From a virus, in IMG/VR virus record IMGVR_UViG_3300012815_000001: 64,000 nucleotides of DNA. One strand, written 5' to 3'. The stretch's first letter is position 1; each line of letters begins with the position of its first letter. The position numbers and the translations under genes are program-made. This document shows, piece by piece, positions 1 through 9,272 of the stretch. The notes below the pieces were generated by a model that searched no databases, was not told where the DNA came from, and saw only the letters and a program-made list of their open reading frames with translations.

Positions 1-230
1 CAGAACGCTTCGTTAAGTTCATAATACTAAGCTTTGTCACTCTAATATCTTGTTCAATGTTTATGAGCCATTCGATTGGTAGCTTCAGCTTCTTAGATTG
101 GCTTGTGGTAGTATCTCAAAAATCAAATGTCACGCAAATCATTTGCGGCCTGATTGCTTACACCATCATTCCAATGGGTCTCTCTTACCTAATAATTTAC
201 AGAAGGAAAAACAGTCAGGCTAATGCCTGA
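1..230 (+). CDS. 3' end of a membrane protein (truncated by window edge)
   Basis: Open frame from nt 3 reads ERFVKFIILSFVTLISCSMF...IICGLIAYTIIPMGLSYLIIYRRKNSQANA and stops at TGA 228-230; hydrophobic stretches. Confidence 0.6.
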   Translation, partial: ERFVKFIILSFVTLISCSMFMSHSIGSFSFLDWLVVVSQKSNVTQIICGLIAYTIIPMGLSYLIIYRRKNSQANA

Positions 231-267
231 TTTTTCTTTATTCTATAAGGCGAGTTACATCACCTAC

Positions 268-280
268 AAATGGTATAATT
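268..280 (+). promoter_or_regulatory. Extended -10 promoter AAATGGTATAATT, AAACAAAC leader
   Basis: TGn-TATAAT 26 nt upstream of ATG 307; the same 12-mer recurs before other island genes. Confidence 0.75.
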
Positions 281-306
281 AGAGAAGAAAAACAAACAAT
301 GACATT

Positions 307-1161
307 ATGTTTAAAGCTAGCCTCACAAAAGGGCGAGAGATACCTATCAATGACTTGGATGAATTGCTTTACAGCAAGACTTTCGACTTTGATCCGAAAC
401 CCAACACTCTCGATGAAATTATCAACGCTGAAAACTACACAGAGCTGACTAATCCTTTCATTCTCTACAAGTACAACAAAGAAATTGAATTTCTACTTTT
501 CTTTTCGAATTGCCCAACGCGCAACGATTTAATCAACGCGCTTATCTTTGACGATTACTCACAGCGCTTGGCTAACAAACCTTTCACTTTTCGATTGAAG
601 TGGTTCTATGAGAAAGACCTGAAAGGCTTCCTAAAGTCTCTATATGCTTTTCCTACGGATGCTTTGAACGTCAGTGGGTATAGAGCTAATAGCCGTTGTA
701 CGGATCATAGATTCCGAATCAGACATGACTGGGCACAGATTCCAAACGAAGAGTCTTTAAATAACTTCACAACGAATGAAGAAAATTGGTTGGCATTCGA
801 CGCTTTTCAATTATGCCAATTTGACGAGTGGGCCGAAAATGCTAGGCCCAATAGTATCAATGAATACATCGTTTTTTTGCTAAAGAAAAACTATGCAAGA
901 TACTTTACACATTACGTGAACAAGCAGGAATGGCTGAGATACCCAACAGACTACATGACAGCACACCCCTCGCTTCATAAAGACTTGCTAATCACTTATG
1001 AACCATTTCTGAAAAAATACGGGCACCTTTTCCAAAGGTACAACGAGAAGTATCTCAATAAAAAAGCAAAATCATATAGAGCCTTCCTGTTGGCTACGAA
1101 GCCCAAACAAAGATTAATGAAAATACTTTCAATACCAACCAACCTAATGAGGATATTATGA
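307..1161 (+). CDS. Hypothetical protein (284 aa)
   Basis: Long ORF behind the conserved promoter; no motif recognised. Confidence 0.8.
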   Translation: MFKASLTKGREIPINDLDELLYSKTFDFDPKPNTLDEIINAENYTELTNPFILYKYNKEIEFLLFFSNCPTRNDLINALIFDDYSQRLANKPFTFRLKWFYEKDLKGFLKSLYAFPTDALNVSGYRANSRCTDHRFRIRHDWAQIPNEESLNNFTTNEENWLAFDAFQLCQFDEWAENARPNSINEYIVFLLKKNYARYFTHYVNKQEWLRYPTDYMTAHPSLHKDLLITYEPFLKKYGHLFQRYNEKYLNKKAKSYRAFLLATKPKQRLMKILSIPTNLMRIL

Positions 1162-1754
1162 CAGACGAATATGACGAAGACGCAATAGATCAAATGATGC
1201 AAAACCTTGATTCGGGGATAAACGGTGATGATGAAAAAGACATACCCAATCCAAACTCAGACATCCTAGATCAAATTTTTAACTCCGACCCTCCACCAGA
1301 AGATAAATCTTACTCCGGGATCAAGAAGAAACTAGGCGCGCCGCTTGATAAATACTGCACTGCATTTGATCAAATCATCACAAGCAATTTTCTAAAACAA
1401 CCAATCGAAACATGTGCATCCCTAATGTTTGTCACGAGCATGATTAGAACTTACACAAAAATCAAACCCGGCTCCCCTGAATGGAAGACATGCTTTGAGG
1501 AAGTAAAGGCTTTTGTGAAACATATGGACGACTACTATAGTATTTTTAAGTACACCCATTTCGAAAACAACAAGGTGAACACTCACTTTTTAGAAAATCT
1601 ATTCGAGCTGGATAGAATTATTTTCAAGCTGGGTTATTCAAAGGTCAAATGGGAATACAGACAGCCCATGGAAATCTTAACAATCTGCCTAAAATTTCCA
1701 ACGAACAAATCTGCCCTATCTGAGATATTCACAGATTTGCAAGGCGACCTTTAA
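1158..1754 (+). CDS. Hypothetical protein with acidic N-terminus (198 aa)
   Basis: ATGA overlap with the upstream ORF; D/E-rich first 50 aa. Confidence 0.75.
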   Translation: MTDEYDEDAIDQMMQNLDSGINGDDEKDIPNPNSDILDQIFNSDPPPEDKSYSGIKKKLGAPLDKYCTAFDQIITSNFLKQPIETCASLMFVTSMIRTYTKIKPGSPEWKTCFEEVKAFVKHMDDYYSIFKYTHFENNKVNTHFLENLFELDRIIFKLGYSKVKWEYRQPMEILTICLKFPTNKSALSEIFTDLQGDL

Positions 1755-2476
1755 TCGCCCTTTCTGTAGGTGCTTGTCGTATCAAAGGTGTAAAGGTCAT
1801 CGAATAGAACATCTGCATTCTTCTGTAGCTTTTTATCCAAAAAGCTCTTCAAGTCTTCAACATCCACCATCATGTGAGGTGCCTTCAAGGCTTCATGGCG
1901 CGCTACAGAAAGCGGGATGCGCTGATTGTCAGCGAAGTACTGCCCAAGAGTCGAAGCAAGCTTACGCGCAATCACAGCATGAACCTGGCCTTCTACGGCG
2001 TCACGCCCAGCTTCCAGGACCGAATCTGGCAGATCTAGGCACGCATTGTGAATTACGTCAGTGATGAGTCTTACAAGGCCCCCTTTTGGCGTTACAGCTT
2101 CATCAGCTACCAGGGAGAGAATGATCTGGCCTTCGTTCGTGGCTCCCACTGAAAACTCATGATGCACATCCCGTATGAGGGAAAGCACAAGCTCCGCAGA
2201 CTGGGTACGCACGTCCTGGACGCAGAAGCCCTTGCTCATCATAAGAACAGAAGCCAAGCCATTGGCCGGGGCTACAATCTCTTCCCCTAAATGAGGCACT
2301 ACAAGCCGCAAAGACCGGACCGCACGAATCATGGTGCTGATCAATCGCTCTCGACTTCTGTTGAGGAATTCAGGCTTCGACACCAGCTCATCAGCAGCTT
2401 TGGAAGCCTCATTGCTTCTTGGCTTTTGAGCTTGGTTAGCTACGAAGAAGGAGAACAGCCCCTTCATAGAAATCAT
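1751..2476 (-). CDS. Hypothetical protein (241 aa)
   Basis: ORF coupled to 2473..3828; higher GC than neighbours. Confidence 0.65.
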   Translation of the reverse strand: MISMKGLFSFFVANQAQKPRSNEASKAADELVSKPEFLNRSRERLISTMIRAVRSLRLVVPHLGEEIVAPANGLASVLMMSKGFCVQDVRTQSAELVLSLIRDVHHEFSVGATNEGQIILSLVADEAVTPKGGLVRLITDVIHNACLDLPDSVLEAGRDAVEGQVHAVIARKLASTLGQYFADNQRIPLSVARHEALKAPHMMVDVEDLKSFLDKKLQKNADVLFDDLYTFDTTSTYRKGD

Positions 2477-3828
2477 GGCCTGTACCCCCTTTTAACTGCA
2501 TCGCGCACTGTGTGGTCGTCTTGCTCATTCTTTTCAAGCTTATGCATTTCTGAAAGAATTTTACCTCCATTAATTCCATTTAGCTCTAATGATACTTTGT
2601 GTAGGTTTCCGTCTTTCGCTTTTTCACCAACAATATTTTTAGAATCTTGTGATATAGAAATATCAATACTCAAATCTTTTGAAGCCGCCCCTGTTAAATC
2701 TTCAAAAGTTGACAAATTCCCTTTGGAATTCGTAACAATTCTACGAATTGTATCGTCTACTTCTCTCATGCTTAATTCGTGAATATACCTTTCTCCTTTT
2801 TCGACAGTTTTTGTGAGAAAAGTTGCGGATAACTTTTTATCAACTGTTGAACCAGTAACATGATCGCCATCAGGACTAAAACTAATTTCCAAATTATGTT
2901 CACTGGCCAAGATTTTACTTTTACTTTCTAAATATTCTAAATCACCACCGCAATATCTTAATATTCTCAAGGTGCGTTGTTCCAAAGCCTCTTGTGCAGT
3001 AATTGTTCGAACCCCACCAGTTAACGGTGGAGCTTGTGAATTCAATGGTTTCGCGTTGTTGGTTGATTCCGCATCAACTTTGACAGGTTCGATTTTAGGC
3101 TTTAGCTCATCCATCAAGTACCTGAAATCTTTATCAAGAACGACAATTCTCTTATGATCGATACCTGCAGCATGAAGAGTTTTATAGCATGAAACGAAAT
3201 ATTTTTTACGTTCTTCATGGCTTACCAAATCTGGATCTGTTGAAAGCTCAATGCTTTTTCTGTTCCCCGAGTAATTATGCCTTGCTTCAAAATCAACTAT
3301 CTCTTGAACCCACGGCCCATTGATATTCACATAAAACCTAACCCCACCTGTTCTATTGAGGTCAAATTGAGTTCTATTTCTTTCATCCGCTATCTTAATT
3401 TTTGAATTAGAAAACTCCATTATAGACATATTGTACTTTTCTAGAATTACCTTCAACTCAGCTAGATAATCTTTTGCCTCAACCATTGAATTTTCAGGGC
3501 TTTTAGCCAGCTCAGACTCTGGTACGCGCTTCACATTTATACTAGCAATAATTTTGTCACGGAATGCCCCGTCAGTATCAGTCAGATAATCATATTTAGT
3601 TTGACTATTGCTTCCCATACCAAACGTCTTAGATTCTTCTGCGAAAGCCTTTAATATTTCATCGCTATATTGTTCTTGATTTTCAGGCAAATCATTAATG
3701 ACACTAGGGGTAGAATCTGCATCTTGAAAAGACTGAATTACACCTACTGTATTCTCTGAGAATCCCGTGTCTTTTTTTCCGCCAAAAACCTCTTTGAGGT
3801 TGTCTTTAATTTTGTCTATAAACTTCAT
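2473..3828 (-). CDS. Hypothetical protein, paralog of 3919..5376
   Basis: Shares a GG(V/D)(R/I)RF...G(I/V)...RIV block and internal (I/F)S.D repeats with the next gene. Confidence 0.8.
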   Translation of the reverse strand: MKFIDKIKDNLKEVFGGKKDTGFSENTVGVIQSFQDADSTPSVINDLPENQEQYSDEILKAFAEESKTFGMGSNSQTKYDYLTDTDGAFRDKIIASINVKRVPESELAKSPENSMVEAKDYLAELKVILEKYNMSIMEFSNSKIKIADERNRTQFDLNRTGGVRFYVNINGPWVQEIVDFEARHNYSGNRKSIELSTDPDLVSHEERKKYFVSCYKTLHAAGIDHKRIVVLDKDFRYLMDELKPKIEPVKVDAESTNNAKPLNSQAPPLTGGVRTITAQEALEQRTLRILRYCGGDLEYLESKSKILASEHNLEISFSPDGDHVTGSTVDKKLSATFLTKTVEKGERYIHELSMREVDDTIRRIVTNSKGNLSTFEDLTGAASKDLSIDISISQDSKNIVGEKAKDGNLHKVSLELNGINGGKILSEMHKLEKNEQDDHTVRDAVKRGYRP

Positions 3829-3852
3829 TTTAGATTTGTTTGTTATTGCTTT

Positions 3853-3865
3853 AATTATACCATTT
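3853..3865 (-). promoter_or_regulatory. Extended -10 promoter AAATGGTATAATT
   Basis: Reverse complement of aattataccattt, upstream of ATG 3828. Confidence 0.75.
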
Positions 3866-3918
3866 CGCAGTCATCAAATTATGCGCAAAAAAAGAACCCG
3901 TAGGTTCTCTTATTCTTT

Positions 3919-5376
3919 TTACATCGAAGGTTTGTTTCTTCGACTTGTTTGCCTCTCTTCCACATCCACAGGTTTTGGCTCAAACAAAGCATCCGCGTTT
4001 GCTGCTTTGGCTGCATTGCTTGGCTTTATTTCTTTAAACTGGTTATCTGCGCTTGAAATATTATTCAGTGCGTTGAACAACCCCGCCCCTAATTTTGAAG
4101 TCCCAACCACGATGCTACTTAGAGGAAATGTCTCCCTCTCTTTTGTATTACCATTTACTTTCGAAACAACCACTTCTTGGTAATCATCTGAAAATGACAA
4201 ATCAATCCCATTTTTCTTTAGATACGTTTTTTGTTTAACAAAATTTTCGAGATTCATACCTGATCTTATGATTGCCAACTGACCTTGACCTTCAAGCGAA
4301 TTGAAGACCCTTCTGTATTCTTCAGCATCAGGCATCTTTGAAGTATCAAATTGAAAATTTCGATCTGGAATGCTCGCATCACCCCCAATCTTTGTGACAT
4401 TAAAGGTACTGCCATCTTGTGATATTTTAATCTTAATCCCTTCTGCTTTATCTAATTCTACCCCTCTACTTATCATGTCCAATATAGAATCTCCCCTCCT
4501 GAACAACCCTTCGCCCATAAATATTTCTTCGATTCTATTTTTTACTTCATCAGATGGAGTATCGGTTTCATTCTGCTTCGCAGGAATTTCTTCTTTTGGT
4601 TGGACGACCTTTTGGGAGGATTCAGCCACTGGTGCAGCAGGTTCAACTGGCTTTTCAACAGGCTTGTTTTGACTCACGACATTAACACCAGCTACAGCGG
4701 GCTCTTCTGGATTAGCTGCTTGTGCTTCTGTTTTGTACTTCTCCAGAATAGAGTTGAATTGCTCGTTTTTTAAGACAATACGGTCGAGACTAACCCCTGA
4801 TTCTAGTAATGTGCCAATAGTGTTCTTAATGAATTCCTCTTGCGCAGCAATTGCTTCTGGAGTTTTTTTAGAATCATCTACCCACACCTCAAGCACGGTG
4901 TCAGGCTGGTGAAATTTGAAAGGAGCTACAGCTCTCACAATGTCTTGGTTCATCTGGCAATTCAATTCGCCTTCATTGAATCGTATATCACCACCATGCT
5001 TTATGCTCACATCAATAGCGCGTACTTGCCCAACTTTGATGAAGAAAAGGTCTACGCCATCATGAATGTCGTCTTTCTTCTGCATTACTTTTCTATCGTA
5101 TTTTTTACCTATTTTCAGTAGAGCAGAAACGAATTCATCCACTGGTAGCTGTTCTTCTTCCTCTTCATTTGACAGCTTTGTTAAAGGAACTGCGCGTTTA
5201 ACGTTCACTCCCCCGCTTATTATCCCTTGCTGTGTAACTGGTTCAGGTAATTTCTTTAAAACACCTTTTTTTGCAAGCATGTCATCAATATCTTTTGTTT
5301 GCTGTGCATCATCTATTTCGGATGATTGATTTCTTTTTGCCAGCGCTTGCTTTTCTTCTTCTTTTGTATACTTCAT
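3919..5376 (-). CDS. Hypothetical protein, paralog of 2473..3828
   Basis: Same domain layout as its neighbour; near-identical leader (TAACAAACAA.TCTAA.ATG); promoter variant AAATGATATAATT at 5401-5413. Confidence 0.8.
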   Translation of the reverse strand: MKYTKEEEKQALAKRNQSSEIDDAQQTKDIDDMLAKKGVLKKLPEPVTQQGIISGGVNVKRAVPLTKLSNEEEEEQLPVDEFVSALLKIGKKYDRKVMQKKDDIHDGVDLFFIKVGQVRAIDVSIKHGGDIRFNEGELNCQMNQDIVRAVAPFKFHQPDTVLEVWVDDSKKTPEAIAAQEEFIKNTIGTLLESGVSLDRIVLKNEQFNSILEKYKTEAQAANPEEPAVAGVNVVSQNKPVEKPVEPAAPVAESSQKVVQPKEEIPAKQNETDTPSDEVKNRIEEIFMGEGLFRRGDSILDMISRGVELDKAEGIKIKISQDGSTFNVTKIGGDASIPDRNFQFDTSKMPDAEEYRRVFNSLEGQGQLAIIRSGMNLENFVKQKTYLKKNGIDLSFSDDYQEVVVSKVNGNTKERETFPLSSIVVGTSKLGAGLFNALNNISSADNQFKEIKPSNAAKAANADALFEPKPVDVEERQTSRRNKPSM

Positions 5377-5439
5377 ATTAGACTTGTTTGTTATATGAAC
5401 AATTATATCATTTTCTTTTATAAAACCACGCCAAACAAA

Positions 5440-5468
5440 TTGACAATAGGTTATCCATCAACTATCTT
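5440..5468 (+). promoter_or_regulatory. Sigma70 promoter TTGACA-17-TATCTT
   Basis: Consensus -35 and near-consensus -10 with a 17-nt spacer upstream of ATG 5517. Confidence 0.65.
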
Positions 5469-5516
5469 CAGGCAATTCTTATTAAAAACACCAACACGCA
5501 CGCAAGGAACGAGTGA

Positions 5517-6206
5517 ATGACTGACAAAGCCTCTCAAACTGAATACGAAACCGCCATTGCTGCTGATCTCCACGCAGCTCCTGCGAAAGAGCTGGGCGCA
5601 AAGGTTTTGAAGCACCTACTGTCTGTCACGACTTCATCAGCCTTGACTGACATCCACGCTCAAATCTCCGCTGCAGCGACTTCGGGCGATGACGAAAAGC
5701 TGGTTAAGCTTTTTGAAGAATTGAAAAAGCTGAAAGATGCAGAAAAAGCTAACCTCAAGTCCTTGGCAGAATTGAAGAAAAGTACTTCTTTTGAACGCGT
5801 TCTGTTGGCTTTCCAAGACGAATTCAAAGCCTTGGCCTATCAGATTTCCCTCGAGGTCATCAAAGGCACACACGTAGCGTTGAAGAATGCCGGTAGCAAA
5901 ACAAAGGGCACTCGCAAAACCAGCGAGAAAGACCCATCCGGCGAGCCGACATTCCACACCGTGACGCACAATGGTAAGTCTGAAAAGCTGTTCTCCCGCC
6001 GTGGCCGTGCTGCTGCTAACCTGACCCAAGACGAACCAGCATTCACCTTCTTGGGCTTTAAGATCGTCAAGGATGAAGACGGAAAGGAAACGCTCAACCC
6101 GGCCACTATCAAGCTTACAGACGGCTCCGAGGTTCCAGCTACCCGACCAAACATCATCAGGGCTATCACTGAGAAAACCGCTTTCGATGGCTACACCATC
6201 GCTTGA
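5517..6206 (+). CDS. Hypothetical K/A-rich protein, possible nucleoid-associated DNA-binding protein
   Basis: Coiled-coil-like N half, basic linker, C-terminal SRRGRA motif; own promoter and terminator. Confidence 0.75.
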   Translation: MTDKASQTEYETAIAADLHAAPAKELGAKVLKHLLSVTTSSALTDIHAQISAAATSGDDEKLVKLFEELKKLKDAEKANLKSLAELKKSTSFERVLLAFQDEFKALAYQISLEVIKGTHVALKNAGSKTKGTRKTSEKDPSGEPTFHTVTHNGKSEKLFSRRGRAAANLTQDEPAFTFLGFKIVKDEDGKETLNPATIKLTDGSEVPATRPNIIRAITEKTAFDGYTIA

Positions 6207-6226
6207 TGGTTCCAAACTGCTAGCAT

Positions 6227-6254
6227 GAAGCCCCGGCCTATCGGGGCTTTTTTT
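6227..6254 (+). terminator. Rho-independent terminator
   Basis: AAGCCCC-ggcctatc-GGGGCTT followed by a T run. Confidence 0.8.
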
Positions 6255-6275
6255 CGTCTGTCATTAGGGACTCAC

Positions 6276-6905
6276 ATGGAAGAAGATTTCCCGGAGTATG
6301 AGGTTTTTCAGCACCACCAACGGCCCACACTGGTAGACGACAAGAGCCATCAAAATCATTGGCGGAATCGTGCTAACGACCTTCATGCCTCTGCAGGTGC
6401 CATTTGGCTTTCCATGTCACACGGGCGTGGCCGCGATGCTGCTATGGAGCTTGGGTTAGGTGAAGGGTTCGACATGCACCTTGCCTGTTCCCACGTCTAC
6501 CACATGCTGTGTGGGCTATCGTTGGAAGTCGCAATGAAGGCGGCGCTTGTTAGCCAAGGGATAACCCCACCAGAGCATCACGATTTGAATCTGCTGGCTC
6601 ACCTACTCGACGTGAAGAGGAACCCTGCGCAGAAGAAGATCCTCAATTTCTATCAGCACAGCGTTGTATGGGCTGGGCGATACCCCGTACCCGTAAACGC
6701 CACTGACGAAAAGCTCATCGACTATTACGACATGGCCAACACTGTTCTGTACAAAGGTAAGACGGTGATTAAGGGCTCGACCATCAACATAAAGACCTAC
6801 TCACCGACCGGGGCAACGTCATGGGAACGGTATGACGCTCTCTACAAGAGCTACACAGCCCTATTCGATCATCGATACCCTGGAGCAACCGATGGAAGAG
6901 CTTGA
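6276..6905 (+). CDS. HEPN domain protein (classical H-D-L...R-Y-P type)
   Basis: LSLEVAMKAALVSQGITPPEHHDLNLL...WAGRYP matches the HEPN pattern; start moved to ATG 6276 (RBS GGGA) because 6225 lies in the terminator. Confidence 0.7.
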   Translation: MEEDFPEYEVFQHHQRPTLVDDKSHQNHWRNRANDLHASAGAIWLSMSHGRGRDAAMELGLGEGFDMHLACSHVYHMLCGLSLEVAMKAALVSQGITPPEHHDLNLLAHLLDVKRNPAQKKILNFYQHSVVWAGRYPVPVNATDEKLIDYYDMANTVLYKGKTVIKGSTINIKTYSPTGATSWERYDALYKSYTALFDHRYPGATDGRA

Positions 6906-7413
6906 GCCTGAATCCCTCCAGTTCAAAGAGGTCTGCGCCTACTACGGTGCAGCCATGCACATGGCCCAGGTGCTTGAGCATGGGATAGTGAACGCCATCT
7001 TCTTCCTGGACTTTTTACCTAGTAAAAAATCCGAATGGACTGACACTGAATACGAAGAGTTTTTTGACGGTAATTTCTCCAAGACGTTTGGCGCGCTTGT
7101 CCATTCCTTGAGAAAAGTGATGACCGTACCAGAAGCCTTTGATGACTTGATTCGCAGATCCAACAAACGCCGGAATTACCTAGCTCATACCTTCTTCCGC
7201 GAAAACATGGAAGTTCTGTATGCAGGTGGTTTTGACGAAATCGTCACCAGATTAAACGATGACATTGAGTTGTTCCATGACACAGATACAGCACTCACAG
7301 CCATCCTTGAACCCTTGTGGATAGAGAACGGTTGGACCATAGAACGGATTGAAGCCGAGGTTGAAAAATACCAAGCTGAATTGCGTAGGTCCAAGCCAGA
7401 CGAGGTGGTCTGA
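6892..7413 (+). CDS. HEPN-superfamily RNase with intact RxxxxH motif
   Basis: AQVLEHGI...KTFGALV...RRNYLAHTFF; start at ATG 6892 overlaps the upstream stop. Confidence 0.7.
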   Translation: MEELEPESLQFKEVCAYYGAAMHMAQVLEHGIVNAIFFLDFLPSKKSEWTDTEYEEFFDGNFSKTFGALVHSLRKVMTVPEAFDDLIRRSNKRRNYLAHTFFRENMEVLYAGGFDEIVTRLNDDIELFHDTDTALTAILEPLWIENGWTIERIEAEVEKYQAELRRSKPDEVV

Positions 7414-8168
7414 TGTTCAGAAACAATGGTGATGATTCATTCCGGGCTTACCTCACTGCCGGAACTGAAAACCTGGACGAGATCCTTGAAGCGGGCTCCC
7501 CGTTCCTGACCATGATGGACGACCTAGATTCGTTCCTAAATCAGTACGTGAGTGGTCCAAGTGTCCAGATCGACAATCCGATAATTCACCTTATGCGTAC
7601 CAATGCCAGGTTTCTTTTAATGACCGGCTTTCGCATTGGTCTCACGGGTCACGTTTCAGGAATTTTCCCCATCTTGCGCACGGCGTTGGAAACTGCCTGT
7701 TATGCGCTATTGATGGCGAATGATGAAACCCTGCCAGAGAAATGGATAGGTCGGCACAGTTCACCCGAAGGGTTGAAAGCCTGCAAAAACGCGTTCAAAA
7801 AACCGATCAAAGATGCACAGAAATTGGTGGATAAGCATGACCCAGTACTGGGTACTTGGATGTATGCACTGTACGAAAGCACCATCGACTTCGGCGCGCA
7901 CCCTAATGCCAAGACCGTCACCTTACACACGCGCATTTCATTCGAAGAGGGAATGACCCGCTTAGAAAATGTGGGGCTTTATGGAGTGGGCAATTATGAG
8001 TACGAGGGTGGGCTCCTAGCTTGTGTAGAACTGGGGCTAGCCACTGCAATGGTTCTCTACATGACCATATGCAAAGTGTCTCCTGAAGCGGTACAAGCAA
8101 TCCAGGCACTCAATGACAGGAAGAACGAGCTGGAAGATATGATCAGAGAGAAGCACCTTCAGGACTGA
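7413..8168 (+). CDS. DUF5677-like (HEPN-related) protein
   Basis: ILRTALETACY...LYESTIDFGAHPN pattern; TGATG coupling to the previous gene. Confidence 0.6.
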   Translation: MFRNNGDDSFRAYLTAGTENLDEILEAGSPFLTMMDDLDSFLNQYVSGPSVQIDNPIIHLMRTNARFLLMTGFRIGLTGHVSGIFPILRTALETACYALLMANDETLPEKWIGRHSSPEGLKACKNAFKKPIKDAQKLVDKHDPVLGTWMYALYESTIDFGAHPNAKTVTLHTRISFEEGMTRLENVGLYGVGNYEYEGGLLACVELGLATAMVLYMTICKVSPEAVQAIQALNDRKNELEDMIREKHLQD

Positions 8169-8225
8169 TCAAAAAGTGATCATTCTGGCGTTGCTGGAGT
8201 GTCGCCGTTCGGCTACACTTGCTTC

Positions 8226-8534
8226 ATGAATACACTCATCACAACAACAGAATTCAACCTGTGGTTGAAAGGCTTGAAGGACGACAGGGCACGAGCCCGG
8301 ATCGTCTCGCGGATGGTTTCAGCACAGGAAGGTAATTTCGGTGACTGTGAGACGGTAGGTGATGGGATTTCAGAGATGCGGATCTTCGTCGGCCCCGGCT
8401 ACCGCGTCTACTACACGCGCCGTGGAGAAGTTGTGTATCTGTTACTGTGCGGTGGTGACAAGTCGTCGCAAAAGCGCGACATAAGGGCCGCAAAAGCTAT
8501 CCTAAACGAGATCGATCGTGGAGAACGAACATGA
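8226..8534 (+). CDS. Type II TA toxin, RelE-like addiction module killer
   Basis: EFNLWLKGLKD.RARARI..R...GNFGDCETVGDGISEMRIFVGPGYRVYY...LLLCGGDKSSQKRDI. Confidence 0.9.
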   Translation: MNTLITTTEFNLWLKGLKDDRARARIVSRMVSAQEGNFGDCETVGDGISEMRIFVGPGYRVYYTRRGEVVYLLLCGGDKSSQKRDIRAAKAILNEIDRGERT

Positions 8535-8812
8535 CCCAGCTCAAGCCATTTGAGGCGTCTGAATACCTTACTAACGAGGACACCATCAGTGAATTCCTCA
8601 CTGCCTCGCTTGAAGACCCAAACCCTGACGTGTTCCTGCGCGCCTTGCAAGAAGTCGCCAAGGCCCGTGGTATGTCGCAGTTGGCCCGTGATGCAGGCAT
8701 GAACCGTGAGAGCCTGTACAAAGCGTTGGCACCAGGTGCAAAGCCCCGGTATGACACAGTGTTGAAGCTTGTGAATGCATTAGGCGTGAAGCTGACGGCA
8801 CAGCACGTTTAG
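8531..8812 (+). CDS. Type II TA antitoxin, HTH addiction module antidote
   Basis: FEASEYL...VAKARGMSQLARDAGMNRESLYKAL...PRYDTVLKLVNALG; ATGA overlap with the toxin. Confidence 0.9.
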   Translation: MTQLKPFEASEYLTNEDTISEFLTASLEDPNPDVFLRALQEVAKARGMSQLARDAGMNRESLYKALAPGAKPRYDTVLKLVNALGVKLTAQHV

Positions 8813-8865
8813 GCTCGATACCCTCCCGGACTGACCGGGAGCATGAGCAAAAACCAAACCTCCAT

Positions 8866-9186
8866 CTAGGAGGCTTGTAATTCAATTTCTTTTAAATATT
8901 TTATCTGCTTATGAGTTATTACTGTCTCGCCACGAAAAAGCAATACCTCTTTGTTCTTGAATCTTCGAACAGCAACCCCTACTTCTTTGACCAGATCCCA
9001 GCTCACCGACGAATCTAGTTTTACATCATAGTAGTCCAAAGAAATTACAATTTTCCCTGAATAGTCTTTGTAAGACAAACCAAATGCGCAATAACCGTAA
9101 TCACGGGCTATATGCCTTAAAGAATCAATCAACCCTTCAAAATGCATAAGATATTCTTCATCAGATTTGAATTTAATTTTAGCCAT
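8866..9186 (-). CDS. Hypothetical protein (106 aa)
   Basis: AT-rich ORF with promoter variant TTTGGTATAATT (9214-9225) and AAACAAAC leader. Confidence 0.7.
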   Translation of the reverse strand: MAKIKFKSDEEYLMHFEGLIDSLRHIARDYGYCAFGLSYKDYSGKIVISLDYYDVKLDSSVSWDLVKEVGVAVRRFKNKEVLLFRGETVITHKQIKYLKEIELQAS

Positions 9187-9272
9187 AGTAAATATAGGTT
9201 TGTTTATGAGTCAAATTATACCAAACGGAATTAGCAAAATTCGCCGTTAATGATTTTTTACTCAAAAATATT

